DNA from: a virus
Lineage: Duplodnaviria > Caudoviricetes
IMG/VR virus record: IMGVR_UViG_3300049171_000049
Location: 1-29,501 of that record
Length of the DNA stretch: 29,501 nucleotides
Direction: 5' to 3' (one strand)
Made by a program: the position numbers and the translations under genes. Below the pieces are notes generated by a model. It was not told the DNA's origin, ran no database searches, and saw nothing but the letters and a program-made list of their open reading frames with translations. Shown here in pieces: positions 1 to 9,487 of this stretch. Position 1 is the stretch's first letter. Every line of letters begins with the position of its first letter.

Positions 1-1
1 C

Positions 2-3000
2 TCCGCCCCCGCCGCCAACGCGTTCGGCGGCGGGGGCGGAGGGATGGGCCTGCGCGGTCAGTTGATCGGCGTCGCCGCCGTGTTGGGCGCAGGAGTGCTG
101 CCCACAATCGGCGCCCTCTCGCCGATGCTGTTCGGCCTGGCCGGCGTGGGCGGCGCGGCGGCGCTGGCGGCGAAGGACCTGAAGGAGGAGTTCAAGAAGC
201 TCAAGCCCGAGTTCGAGCAGCTCCAAAAGGTCGCTTCGAAGGCGGTCATGCCGGGCGTGAAACGGTCGATGGACGACCTCAAGGGCGCGATGAAGGGCCT
301 GGAGCCTGTCGTCAAGGTCGGCGGCGAGGCGTTCGGTGACTTCGTCGAGTCGGCGGCCAAGTTCGCCGACAGCCCGGCGTTCAAGAGTGCTCTGCTGACG
401 AACGTGAAGATGGGCTCCGAGTGGTTCGGCCAGTTCACCGACAGCATCTTCGACTTCACCCAGGCGTTCCTCGACTTCGGCACCAAGTCGCAGCCGGCGT
501 TGGACGCGTGGCAGAGCCTGCTTGGCGGGTTCCTGGACACGGGCCTGCCCGGGATGTTCGAGGGGCTGGAGCAGGGCATCGGCGGCGCGTCGGAGATGCT
601 CGGCGGGTTCGCGTCGCTCCTGAACGACAGTCTGCTGCCGTCGCTGGGGCGGATTTCGGGCGCGTTCGCGGAGACGTTCGGCCCGCTGATCGGCGAGGCT
701 TTCCGTGGGGCGGGCCTGGCTCTGGAGGGCTTCGCGGCGCTCTTTGAGGGCGCGATGGAGGGCATCGAGCCCACCATGCACATCCTCACCGACGTGTTCC
801 GCTCGTTCAACGAGATCGGCCGAATCGGCTTCGAGGTGGCCGGGAGCCTGGCGAGTGTCCTGGGTGGGGCGCTGGTTGAGTCGCTCCTCGAAGTGGCGGG
901 CGTCGACGTGTCCACCCTGGGCGAGGGCTTCCGGGGCCTGTCGAACTGGGTGCAGCAGAACGAGGGCGCCATCCGGGGCGCGTTCGTCATGGTCGGCCAG
1001 ACGATCATCGACATGGTCAACACCGGCATCCAGTGGCTGCCGCTGCTCAGCTCCGGTTTCACCTTGATGGCGAAGACGGCGATCGATTCCGCCGACCTGG
1101 TCATCTCCGGGCTCGCGATGGCGTTCGGGAACATCCCGGGTATCGGTGAGGCGCTCAAGGCGTCGAACGAGCGGTTCGACGAGTGGGCCACGGGTGCGAA
1201 GAGCACGCTCGACGGGGTCAACGGGAAGATCGGCGAGTTCGCCACTGTCGCCAACGAGAAGTTGGGCCGCGCGAAGCTGAAGCTCAGCGTCGAGCAGGCC
1301 GAGGCGGCCCTGGCTTCGATCAAGGAGAAGCTGCGGGATCCGGCGCTTACGGCGGAGCGGAAGGCGAAGCTGTCGGCCGACAAGTCGCAGGCTGAGGCGG
1401 CGCTGCGGGCCGCCCGTAGCGAGCTCTCCGCCTTCGACAAGCGGCGCTCTGAGGCGACGCTGGCGGCGGATCCGCGCCCCTTCTTCGGCGATGCGGCCCG
1501 GGTCAAGGGCACGAAGTTCCCCACGAAGAAGGTTCCGGTCGGCGCCAACCGGTCGTTCTTCGACGCCGCAATTAGGGCGATCAACGGCTCTGTGGTCGGC
1601 ACGGCGTACATCAACGTCCAGAAGCGATTCGTGGCCGGCCCGGCCGACAACCGGGCCGCGACCCGCTTCCGGGCGATGGGCGGCCCGGTGCGCGGCTACG
1701 CCGGGGGCGGCGAGCTCCAGCACTTCCCCAGCGGGGGGCTCATCGAGGGCCCTGGTGGTCCGCGCAGCGACAGCATCCTCGCCAGCTTCGCGTCGGGCGC
1801 AACAGCGCGGGTGTCGGATACGGAGTACGTCGTCCAGTCGTCGGCGGTGAAGAAGTACGGGCTGCCGCTCCTCAACGCGCTGAACAATGGCACGCTCAAG
1901 ATCGCTGGTCTTGCGCGGGGCGGCGTCACCAAAGCGGAGGCGCAGGCCCGGAAGGACGCCCGCGGTGACCTGACCATCAGTCGATTCGGCCAGTTCGCCG
2001 GCCACCAGCGCTCCGAGTTCCGGTCCGCGCTGGCCAAGCCGGGCGACGCACGCTCGTTGATCGACTCGCTGAACCAGTGGGCCAGTAAGATCCGGGCCGC
2101 CACACACGGTGGCACCGAACGGAACTTGCTACGCGCCCTCGACTCCACCGGCAAGAAGCTCCTCGGCTACGAGAAGTCCCTCAGCAAGGTGACTGCGTCG
2201 CTGGATAAGGCGAAGGGCAAGCTCGACGACCTGAAGAACTCGGCGGCGCAGTTGTCCTCGTCGGTGAAGTCGGGCGTCCTCTCCTCGGCGAACATCACGA
2301 AACGGCAGGGCGACGGCCCGGTCACCGTGGCGTCGGTCATGGGCGGGCTCACCGCCAGCCGCGACAAGGCGACCAGCTTCTCGAAGGCGCTCGCCGACCT
2401 CCAGAAGAAGGGCCTTTCCGGTGCGTTGCTGCAGCAGATCGCGGAGGCCGGCATCGAGGGCGGCGGGCTGGAGACGGCGGGCGCGTTGTTGAACGCGTCG
2501 TCGTCGGAGATCAAGTCGATGAACTCCATGCAGTCGCAGATCAACAGCTCGGCCACCAGCGCGGGCAAGACGACGTCGGATGCGGTGTACAAGACGGCGA
2601 TCGCGATGCAGGACAAGCTCGTCGACAAGCTGGCGCGCGAGCAGACGAAGCTCACTTCGGCGATGGACAAGCTCGCGTCCGCGATGGAAAAGATGATCGA
2701 AAAGGGCTTCGGGATGAAAGCGGCGGGCGGCATCATCGGCGCCGCATCCGGCGGGGCCCGCGGCTCCTGGACGCTCGTCGGCGAGCACCAGCCGGAGCTC
2801 GTCCGGCTGCCGTTCGGGTCGCGCGTGTACTCCGGGCCCGACACCCGCCGCATGATGCAGCAGGGCGCCTGGGCCTCCATGCTCAACACCCCCCAGCGCG
2901 GCGGCGCACGGTACACGCCGACGCCGGCCGGGGGCGGCGCGCAGCCGATCGTCGTGCACCAGACGATCACCCTGGACGGGCGTGTCGTGGCGCAGCAAAT

Positions 3001-3076
3001 CTTTGACCCGCTGCGTAAGGAGATCGCCGTACGCGGCGGCAGCGTGCAGAAGTCGCTCGGGCAGGGGGCAGGCTGA
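2..3076 (+). CDS. Tail tape measure protein (5'-truncated)
   Basis: Frame is open from the window start. Ala/Gly/Leu-rich helical protein of over 1000 aa with repeated 'A.GG' motifs, 'IEGPGGPRSDSI', 'LVGEHQPELV' and C-terminal 'ITLDGRVVA', typical of siphophage TMP C-termini. Directly upstream of tail genes. Confidence 0.9.
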   Translation, partial: SAPAANAFGGGGGGMGLRGQLIGVAAVLGAGVLPTIGALSPMLFGLAGVGGAAALAAKDLKEEFKKLKPEFEQLQKVASKAVMPGVKRSMDDLKGAMKGLEPVVKVGGEAFGDFVESAAKFADSPAFKSALLTNVKMGSEWFGQFTDSIFDFTQAFLDFGTKSQPALDAWQSLLGGFLDTGLPGMFEGLEQGIGGASEMLGGFASLLNDSLLPSLGRISGAFAETFGPLIGEAFRGAGLALEGFAALFEGAMEGIEPTMHILTDVFRSFNEIGRIGFEVAGSLASVLGGALVESLLEVAGVDVSTLGEGFRGLSNWVQQNEGAIRGAFVMVGQTIIDMVNTGIQWLPLLSSGFTLMAKTAIDSADLVISGLAMAFGNIPGIGEALKASNERFDEWATGAKSTLDGVNGKIGEFATVANEKLGRAKLKLSVEQAEAALASIKEKLRDPALTAERKAKLSADKSQAEAALRAARSELSAFDKRRSEATLAADPRPFFGDAARVKGTKFPTKKVPVGANRSFFDAAIRAINGSVVGTAYINVQKRFVAGPADNRAATRFRAMGGPVRGYAGGGELQHFPSGGLIEGPGGPRSDSILASFASGATARVSDTEYVVQSSAVKKYGLPLLNALNNGTLKIAGLARGGVTKAEAQARKDARGDLTISRFGQFAGHQRSEFRSALAKPGDARSLIDSLNQWASKIRAATHGGTERNLLRALDSTGKKLLGYEKSLSKVTASLDKAKGKLDDLKNSAAQLSSSVKSGVLSSANITKRQGDGPVTVASVMGGLTASRDKATSFSKALADLQKKGLSGALLQQIAEAGIEGGGLETAGALLNASSSEIKSMNSMQSQINSSATSAGKTTSDAVYKTAIAMQDKLVDKLAREQTKLTSAMDKLASAMEKMIEKGFGMKAAGGIIGAASGGARGSWTLVGEHQPELVRLPFGSRVYSGPDTRRMMQQGAWASMLNTPQRGGARYTPTPAGGGAQPIVVHQTITLDGRVVAQQIFDPLRKEIAVRGGSVQKSLGQGAG

Positions 3077-6000
3077 TGGCGTTCCCGGAGACCCCGCTGC
3101 CGACGAAGGTCGAGTTTCGACTGGGCTCGACGTGGACCGATGTGACGTCGCGAGTGCGCGCCGAGCAGCAGATCCGTATCCGGCGTGGCCGCTCGGACTG
3201 GGGGCAGCAGGTCGACACCTCCAGCTGCTCGTTCACCCTCGACAACAACGACGGCGCGTTCACCCCCCGCAACCCGGCCGGCGCGTACTACGGCAGCATC
3301 GGCCGGAACACGCCGTGCCGGGTGTCGGTGATGACCGGGGAGACGTACCTGGACCTGCCGGGCACCAGCACCCTGGATTACGCTGAGACGCCGGACGCTG
3401 CGGCACTGGACATCACCGGCGACCTGGACGTGCGCGTGGACGCGTCGCTGGCGAACTGGCTGCCGCCGGTGTTCTCGGGCGCCACGGTGGAGCTGATCGG
3501 CAAGTTCGGCATCACCGGGCAGAAGTCCTGGTTCCTCGGCAGCCGGTTCGGGAAGCTGTACTTCGAGTGGTCAGCAGACGGCACCAACTCGTTGTCGGCG
3601 TCGTCGACGATCGCGCCGGCCATCCCGGGGCCGAACGGGCGTATGGCCGTACGGGTCACGCTGGACGTCAACAACGGCGCGTCGGGGAACACGGTGCGGT
3701 TCTACACCGCGGCGACGCTGGACGGGCCGTGGGTGCCGCTCGGGGACCCGATCACGCAGTCCGGGACCACCAGCATCTTCAACTCGACGGCGGGCCTGCG
3801 GATCGGCAACGCCACCAGCTTCACATTCACGCTGCCGCTCGGCCGCGCGCACGCCGCCGAGGTCCGCAACGGCATCGAGGGCACGATCGTCGCATCGCCG
3901 GACTTCACTGCCCAGACGGTCGGCGCCGCAAGCTTCGCCGACTCGGCGGGCCGGACGTGGACGATGAGCGGCAACAGCCAGATCACGAACCGGAAGACTA
4001 GGTTCGTGGGCGAGGTGTCGTCGTGGTCGACCCGCTGGGAGACGCAGCACGACGTCGTGTGCAACGTCGAGGCGAGCGGGCTGATGCGCCGCATGTCCCA
4101 GGGCGTCGCACCGGCGCGCAGCCCCATGTACCGCGAGTTCACCAACGCGTCCCGCTCGGGGATCGTCGCCTACTGGCCCATGGAAGACGAGGCCGGCTCG
4201 TCCAGCTTCGGGTCCGCGCTCGACGGGCAGGCCGCGATGGCGATCCCGTCGTCGGGTGGGGTGACGCCGGCGGCGTACTCGGGCTGGGTGGCGTCGGCGC
4301 CGCTGCCCACCTACTCGTTCGGGACGACGAGGGTGGTGGTGACCCCCTACGCGGCGACGGGCGTGATCTTCACCCGTTTTGCTGCCGCGGTTCCGGCGGC
4401 CGGGGTGACCGGCACGGACCGGCTGTTCACGATCGGCACGACAGGGACGGCCCGCACCTGGGCCGTGTGGATCAACACCGCGGGGAACCTCGACCTGCGG
4501 GCGTACGACGCGGACGGTACGCAGATCATCGCGACGGGGTTCGACCCGGTCGCGATCAACGGGAAGAACGTGCACATCGGTGTGGAGTTGACGCAGGACG
4601 GCGCCGATGTGGACGCGACGCTGTTCGTGTTCTACGTCGACGAGTCCAGCTTGGAGGAGATTGTCAGCGGCGGCGTGGCCACGACCCTGGCCGCGAACAC
4701 GATCGGCGCGGCCACGGAGTGTCGGTTCGGGTTCAGTGGGCTGCTGAACTCGACGGCGCTCGGGCACCTCACGGTCGCGTCCAGTTCTGCGGCGTTCGCG
4801 GGGACCATCGGCGCGATGGTCGCGTGGGACGGCGAGGTCACCTCCGAGCGCCTGTACCGCCTCGGTGTGGAGGAGCTGACTCCCTGTCTCGCTGCGTCGA
4901 TCAGCGAGGAGCAGATGGGGCCGCAGGGCCAGACGCCGATCCTCGACCTGATGCGGGAGGCCGCGGACGCCGACGAGGGCATCCTGCACGAGAGTAGGGA
5001 CTGGTATCCCGCCTTCCGGTTCCGGGACCGGCCCTCCCTGTACAACCAGCAGCCCGCCATGACGCTGGACTACACGGGCGACGACGGCTTGGTGACGCCG
5101 CTGGACCCGGTGGACGACGATCAGGCCGTCCGCAACGACCGCACTGTGCAACGCACCGGCGGCTCGTCGACGCGGCGGACGCTCGACACGGGAACCCTGT
5201 CGACGCAGGTCCCGCCGAACGGCGTCGGCCGTTACGACGACACGCAGACCCGCAGCCTGTACGAGGACGTGCAGACGGGCGAGCACGCGGGCTGGCTGCT
5301 GCACCTGGGCACGTGGGACGAGACCCGCTACCCGGTCGTACGCCTCAATTTGGCAGCGGCGCCGCACATGATCGAGGCCGCCACCAGCGTGGACATCGGC
5401 GACCGCATGGACATCGCCAACCCGCCCTCGTGGCTGCCGCCGGACCTGATCGAGCTCATGGCGCAGGGCTACCAAGAGACGTTCGACCAGTTCACCTGGA
5501 CCATCGACTACAACTGCACGCCGTACGGGCCGTGGCACGTCGCGGTGGAGGCGTCCGGATCGGATGGCGTCTACGACAGGATCGACACCGACGGCTGCGT
5601 CCTCGTCGAAGACCTCACCACCTCCGAGACCGCAGTCGACGTACGGACCACGACCGGGCCCGTGTGGGTCCAGGCCGCGCCGTCGTTGATCGTCAACTAC
5701 GACTTCGAGATGGACCTGTCCGGCTGGTCCGGGAACGACTGCACCATCACCCGCGAGCCGACCCCCGGCAACGCCCCGTTCGGCGGCGAGTGGTCGATGA
5801 AGCTGATCCCGGATGGCGTGGGCGAGTTCCCCAACGCGGGCGCCACGATGCAGCCCGTCGTCGAGGGCCGGGACTACACGCTCTCCGGCTGGCAGATGTC
5901 CGAGGTCACGCGGTCGGTGGACCTCAACCTCAACTGGTTCGACGCGGGCGGCGCCTACCTCTCCACCTCCGCCAACGGGCAGGCGCTCGTCGCTGACCAG

Positions 6001-6918
6001 TGGACGTGGTTCGAGACCACCGCGACAGCGCCGGCCGGGGCCGCGTTCGCCAACGGCTCCCCGACCGTGCCGGACTTCCCGACCGTGGACGAGATCCTGT
6101 GGTCGGACATGGTGACCCTCCGGCCGGCCATCGCTGCTGAGCTGCCGGTGGAGTTCCCGTTCGAGGTGCGTGTGGGCGGCGAGGTCGTGCTCGTCGAGGC
6201 CTGCACGAGCGCGGCGTACGACACCTACGACCGCATCGTGGCGTCGGGCTGGGGTACGGCGGAGTCTGGGCAGGCATGGCAGACCAGCGGCGGCACGAGC
6301 GCGGACTTTCAGGTGACCGGCGGCTATGGCGGCCACCGTCTGGCGTCAACGAATGTCTCCCGCCGCGCGGTGCTTGACTTCACGTACACCGATTTCGACG
6401 CGTACGTCAGCCTCACCCCCTCGGCGACCGCGACGGGCGGGTTCCTGTCCGGGTCATTGACCGGCCGCTACCTCGACCCGGACAACCTGTATGCCGCACG
6501 GCTCGCCTTCAACTCCACGGGCACGATGACGCTGACCTTGCGCAAGCGGGTGGCAGCCGTGGAAACGGAACTGGCTACGGTCACGCTCGGCGCGTACACC
6601 GCGGGCACTTACTACCGGCTCCGTTTCCAGACGTCGGGGAGCACGCTACGCGCCAAGGCGTGGCCGACGAGCAGCGTGGAGCCCGACGTCTGGCACCTGG
6701 CGACTACCGACACGTCGATCACCACGTCGGTGTCGCTGGGCCTGCGTTCGATCTCCGCCAGCGCAAACACCAACGTCAACCCTGAGATCCGCTATCAGGA
6801 CCTTCAGGTCGTCAACCCGCAGACCATGACGGTCATCCGCTCGATCAACGGCGTCTCCAAGGCGCACTCCTCCGGCGCCGCGGTGGCGCTGGCCCATCCC
6901 GCATACACGTCCCTGTAG
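3076..6918 (+). CDS. Large modular tail/baseplate protein with inserted LamG-like and carbohydrate-binding-like domains
   Basis: 1280 aa, TGATG-coupled to TMP. N-terminal 'WTDVTSRV...IRRGRSDW...FTLDNNDGAFTP' is typical of actinophage minor tail proteins. CBM-like segment 'NYDFEMDLSGW...GRDYTLSGW...WFDAGGAYLS...APAGA'. Confidence 0.85.
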   Translation: MAFPETPLPTKVEFRLGSTWTDVTSRVRAEQQIRIRRGRSDWGQQVDTSSCSFTLDNNDGAFTPRNPAGAYYGSIGRNTPCRVSVMTGETYLDLPGTSTLDYAETPDAAALDITGDLDVRVDASLANWLPPVFSGATVELIGKFGITGQKSWFLGSRFGKLYFEWSADGTNSLSASSTIAPAIPGPNGRMAVRVTLDVNNGASGNTVRFYTAATLDGPWVPLGDPITQSGTTSIFNSTAGLRIGNATSFTFTLPLGRAHAAEVRNGIEGTIVASPDFTAQTVGAASFADSAGRTWTMSGNSQITNRKTRFVGEVSSWSTRWETQHDVVCNVEASGLMRRMSQGVAPARSPMYREFTNASRSGIVAYWPMEDEAGSSSFGSALDGQAAMAIPSSGGVTPAAYSGWVASAPLPTYSFGTTRVVVTPYAATGVIFTRFAAAVPAAGVTGTDRLFTIGTTGTARTWAVWINTAGNLDLRAYDADGTQIIATGFDPVAINGKNVHIGVELTQDGADVDATLFVFYVDESSLEEIVSGGVATTLAANTIGAATECRFGFSGLLNSTALGHLTVASSSAAFAGTIGAMVAWDGEVTSERLYRLGVEELTPCLAASISEEQMGPQGQTPILDLMREAADADEGILHESRDWYPAFRFRDRPSLYNQQPAMTLDYTGDDGLVTPLDPVDDDQAVRNDRTVQRTGGSSTRRTLDTGTLSTQVPPNGVGRYDDTQTRSLYEDVQTGEHAGWLLHLGTWDETRYPVVRLNLAAAPHMIEAATSVDIGDRMDIANPPSWLPPDLIELMAQGYQETFDQFTWTIDYNCTPYGPWHVAVEASGSDGVYDRIDTDGCVLVEDLTTSETAVDVRTTTGPVWVQAAPSLIVNYDFEMDLSGWSGNDCTITREPTPGNAPFGGEWSMKLIPDGVGEFPNAGATMQPVVEGRDYTLSGWQMSEVTRSVDLNLNWFDAGGAYLSTSANGQALVADQWTWFETTATAPAGAAFANGSPTVPDFPTVDEILWSDMVTLRPAIAAELPVEFPFEVRVGGEVVLVEACTSAAYDTYDRIVASGWGTAESGQAWQTSGGTSADFQVTGGYGGHRLASTNVSRRAVLDFTYTDFDAYVSLTPSATATGGFLSGSLTGRYLDPDNLYAARLAFNSTGTMTLTLRKRVAAVETELATVTLGAYTAGTYYRLRFQTSGSTLRAKAWPTSSVEPDVWHLATTDTSITTSVSLGLRSISASANTNVNPEIRYQDLQVVNPQTMTVIRSINGVSKAHSSGAAVALAHPAYTSL

Positions 6919-6927
6919 GAGGTTCGC

Positions 6928-7449
6928 GTGTCCCGTTACCCGTCGATCTACGCGGGCCAGCGCCTCACCGGCACTCTGCTCCAGTCGATGCTCCCGAACA
7001 TGATCCAAAAGCTCGCGAACACGGACCGCTCGTCGACCACCACGCTGGTCGACGACCCCGACCTCACCACCACCCTGGAAGCCAACGCCCGCTACTTCGT
7101 AGAGATCGAGATCTGGTACGCCGCGTCAGTCGGCTCGTCCGGGATCCGCACCGCCTGGACCGTACCGTCCGGCGTCACCGGCAACCGCAGCGCGCTCGGT
7201 ATGGCGTCCACGGTGTCCGACACGACCCCGGCCGGTGTCGGCCGGTGGGGCGTCCACGCGTACAGCACGACCGTGTTCTACGGCGACCGTCAGTCCAGCA
7301 CGAACCTGGCGCTGGCTAAGGAGGTCAGCATGCTCACGACGGGCAGCAGCGCAGGAACCCTCGCCCTCCAATGGGCCCAAGACACGTCCAGCGCGGACGC
7401 CTGCCGGGTGGGTGCCGGCTCGCTGATGCGCGTTACCCGACTCGCTTAG
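6928..7449 (+). CDS. Minor tail protein
   Basis: GGAGG RBS and GTG start. Ser/Thr-rich beta-type protein with N-terminal 'AGQRLTG' and C-terminal 'GTLALQWAQ', in tail position. Confidence 0.7.
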   Translation: MSRYPSIYAGQRLTGTLLQSMLPNMIQKLANTDRSSTTTLVDDPDLTTTLEANARYFVEIEIWYAASVGSSGIRTAWTVPSGVTGNRSALGMASTVSDTTPAGVGRWGVHAYSTTVFYGDRQSSTNLALAKEVSMLTTGSSAGTLALQWAQDTSSADACRVGAGSLMRVTRLA

Positions 7450-7458
7450 GAGGCCCTC

Positions 7459-7677
7459 GTGGCTGAGCTGACGTATCCGTACTACCGGCTGATCGCGAAC
7501 GGACCGTCCGAGACGGGGTTCACGGTGACGCTGCAGATTCAGGAGGGCCCGGGCGGGCCGCTGCCGGAGCAGACCGTGGACACGCTGCTGGCCGGGCTGC
7601 GGGCCCTGCTGCAGAACGGCGACGCCAGCGTGTCGACCGAGCTTGCGCGTTTCGCGACGACCACCACATACCTGTAG
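7459..7677 (+). CDS. Small hypothetical protein, probably tail-associated
   Basis: AGGAGG RBS, 72 aa, between tail and lysis genes. Confidence 0.6.
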   Translation: MAELTYPYYRLIANGPSETGFTVTLQIQEGPGGPLPEQTVDTLLAGLRALLQNGDASVSTELARFATTTTYL

Positions 7678-7684
7678 GAGTGAC

Positions 7685-8446
7685 ATGGCCACACCACTGA
7701 CCGCAGACCGGCTCGTCGCGGCACTGCGCGCCGAGGGCGTCACCGTCCACGAGGTCCGCAGCTGGCGCACCCACAACCGCAACAGCAAGGGCCCCTGGGG
7801 GCCGGTGAACGGCGTGATGATCCACCACACCGTCACCTCCGGCACCGCGAGTTCGGTCGACCTCTGCTACAACGGGCACTCCGCGCTGCCCGGGCCGCTG
7901 TGTCACGGAGTCATCGACAAGAAGGGCGAGGTGTGGCTCGTCGGCAACGGCCGCACCAACCACGCCGGCAGTGGCGACGACGACGTCCTCAAGGCCGTCG
8001 TCAACGAGACCGCGCTGCCCACGGACAACGAGGCGAACACCGACGGCAACCGGCACTTCTACGGCTTTGAGTGCATCAACCTCGGCGACGGCAAGGACCC
8101 CTGGCCGGCCGCGCAGGTCGAGGGGATCGTGCGGGCGTCGGCTGCGATCTGCCGGGCGCACACCGCGGCCGGGTCGAAGTGGACGGCCGCTTCGGTGATC
8201 GGCCACAAGGAGTGGCAGCCGGGCAAGGTCGACCCGCGGGGCATCGCCGGGGACATGGACGGGATCCGGAAGCGGGTGGACGAGCGGCTGAAGCACCCGG
8301 CGTCCTGGTCGCCGAGCACCGCGAAGCCGCCGACGCCGAAGCCGCCCGCTCCAAAGCCGCCTACGCCCGCCCCGAAGCCGAGCGTCGAGGACCGCCTCAC
8401 CGCTCTTGAGAAGCGCGTCACCGCGCTGGAGAAGAAGGGAGCCTGA
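7685..8446 (+). CDS. Endolysin, N-acetylmuramoyl-L-alanine amidase (Amidase_2/PGRP-like)
   Basis: AGGAG RBS with ATG at 7685. Motifs 'MIHHT', 'NHAG', 'GFEC', 'VIGHKEW...KVDP', then a Pro/Lys linker and short coiled-coil tail. Confidence 0.92.
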   Translation: MATPLTADRLVAALRAEGVTVHEVRSWRTHNRNSKGPWGPVNGVMIHHTVTSGTASSVDLCYNGHSALPGPLCHGVIDKKGEVWLVGNGRTNHAGSGDDDVLKAVVNETALPTDNEANTDGNRHFYGFECINLGDGKDPWPAAQVEGIVRASAAICRAHTAAGSKWTAASVIGHKEWQPGKVDPRGIAGDMDGIRKRVDERLKHPASWSPSTAKPPTPKPPAPKPPTPAPKPSVEDRLTALEKRVTALEKKGA

Positions 8447-8448
8447 CT

Positions 8449-8670
8449 ATGGCCGATCGGCACCCAGGCACCACCCACCTGCTGCGGTACTTCGAGTACG
8501 CGCACCTCCCCGCTCACCTTCAGGAGGTGAGCAGGCCGTGCGCCGAGCTGGCGCAGCAGATGACCGACGCGCTTCCGGACGGGCCCGAGCTCACGGCCGG
8601 GCTGCGGAAGCTGTTGGAGGCGAAGGACTGCTTCGTACGGGCAGCCCTCGACACGAAAATGGAGAGCTGA
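8449..8670 (+). CDS. Small helical-hairpin protein, possible Acb2/Tad1-like
   Basis: 73 aa with GGGAG RBS. 'FEYAHLP...PDGPELTAGLRKLLEAKDCFVRAA'. The ORF is well supported; the family call is inference. Confidence 0.5.
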   Translation: MADRHPGTTHLLRYFEYAHLPAHLQEVSRPCAELAQQMTDALPDGPELTAGLRKLLEAKDCFVRAALDTKMES

Positions 8671-8672
8671 TC

Positions 8673-8906
8673 ATGCCGAAGGAAGAGACGAAGCGGACCG
8701 TGCGCACGGTGCTTCAGACCACAGTGGGTGTCGCCGTGGCGCTGCCGGGGATCGTGGCTGCGTCTGGGGTGCCGGAGTCGTTGCCGTGGGTGGCGGGTGC
8801 TCTGGCGGTGGCTGGCGGGTTCGCGCGGGTGATGGCGCTGCCGTCGGTGCAGGGTCTGCTGCCCGGGTGGCTGCGGACGGACGGGGCTGAGGCGGTGCGG
8901 GAGTGA
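8673..8906 (+). CDS. Holin-like membrane protein
   Basis: 77 aa, 'KRTVRTVLQT' followed by two hydrophobic segments, downstream of the endolysin; resembles actinophage holins. Confidence 0.75.
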   Translation: MPKEETKRTVRTVLQTTVGVAVALPGIVAASGVPESLPWVAGALAVAGGFARVMALPSVQGLLPGWLRTDGAEAVRE

Positions 8907-9223
8907 CGCCGCCGGAGACCACGTCGGTCGCCGTCGAGTTGGCCAACCTGAGGAGCGACATCGGCAGCTTCGGCCGGGACCTCGGCGAGATCAAGACGTC
9001 ATGTGCCGTCCTCGTGGAGCGGTCCACACGCACGGAGCAGGATCTTCGAGATCTCCGGAGGGACACGGAGGAGGCGTTCCGGAAGCTGCTGGAGGACGAG
9101 ATCAAGCCGTTGAAGGCGGGTCTCGCTGCGGTGCAGGGACGTCAGTGGCCGCTCCAGTCGATCGCTGCGCTGGCCTCGGCGACGGCGATCGGGCTGGGCA
9201 TTTGGACGGCGGTCGGCCGGTGA
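8903..9223 (+). CDS. Coiled-coil protein with C-terminal transmembrane segment (lysis cassette)
   Basis: GTGA overlap, heptad-rich middle, C-terminal 'WPLQSIAALASATAIGLGIWTAV'. Confidence 0.7.
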   Translation: MTPPETTSVAVELANLRSDIGSFGRDLGEIKTSCAVLVERSTRTEQDLRDLRRDTEEAFRKLLEDEIKPLKAGLAAVQGRQWPLQSIAALASATAIGLGIWTAVGR

Positions 9224-9426
9224 ACACCGGGGACGCGGTGTGGGGTGGTCTGATCCTGGCCGGGGCGGCGGTGGAGACGTATGCGCTGCGCTCCGCCCGG
9301 CAGGAGGCCACCCTGTCGGCGGCGACCCGCCGCTGGTTCCGCGTCCACACGAAGGCGGGCGCCATCGTGTTCGCGGTGGCGTGGACCGGGTTCGGCGTCT
9401 GGTACCTGGACCACATCCTGCGCTGA
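9220..9426 (+). CDS. Small two-TM membrane protein (lysis cassette)
   Basis: GTGA overlap, 68 aa MNTGDAVWGGLILAGAAV...AIVFAVAWTGFGVWYLDHILR. Confidence 0.7.
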   Translation: MNTGDAVWGGLILAGAAVETYALRSARQEATLSAATRRWFRVHTKAGAIVFAVAWTGFGVWYLDHILR

Positions 9427-9438
9427 CCGGCCGCCCGT

Positions 9439-9472
9439 GAGGGCCTCGCTCGCCCCGGCGAGTGGGGCCCTC
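9439..9472 (+). terminator. Stem-loop ending the late/lysis operon
   Basis: GAGGGCCTCGCTCGCC / GGCGAGTGGGGCCCTC, with mismatches that are G-U pairs on the + strand; just after the last lysis gene. Confidence 0.7.
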
Positions 9473-9487
9473 TGCCATGCTGGAGGG

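Noticed and set aside
3571-6336. 921-aa - strand ORF (likewise 58-1650 and other long antisense ORFs)
   Set aside because: Shadows of well-supported tail genes, with no motifs or RBS.
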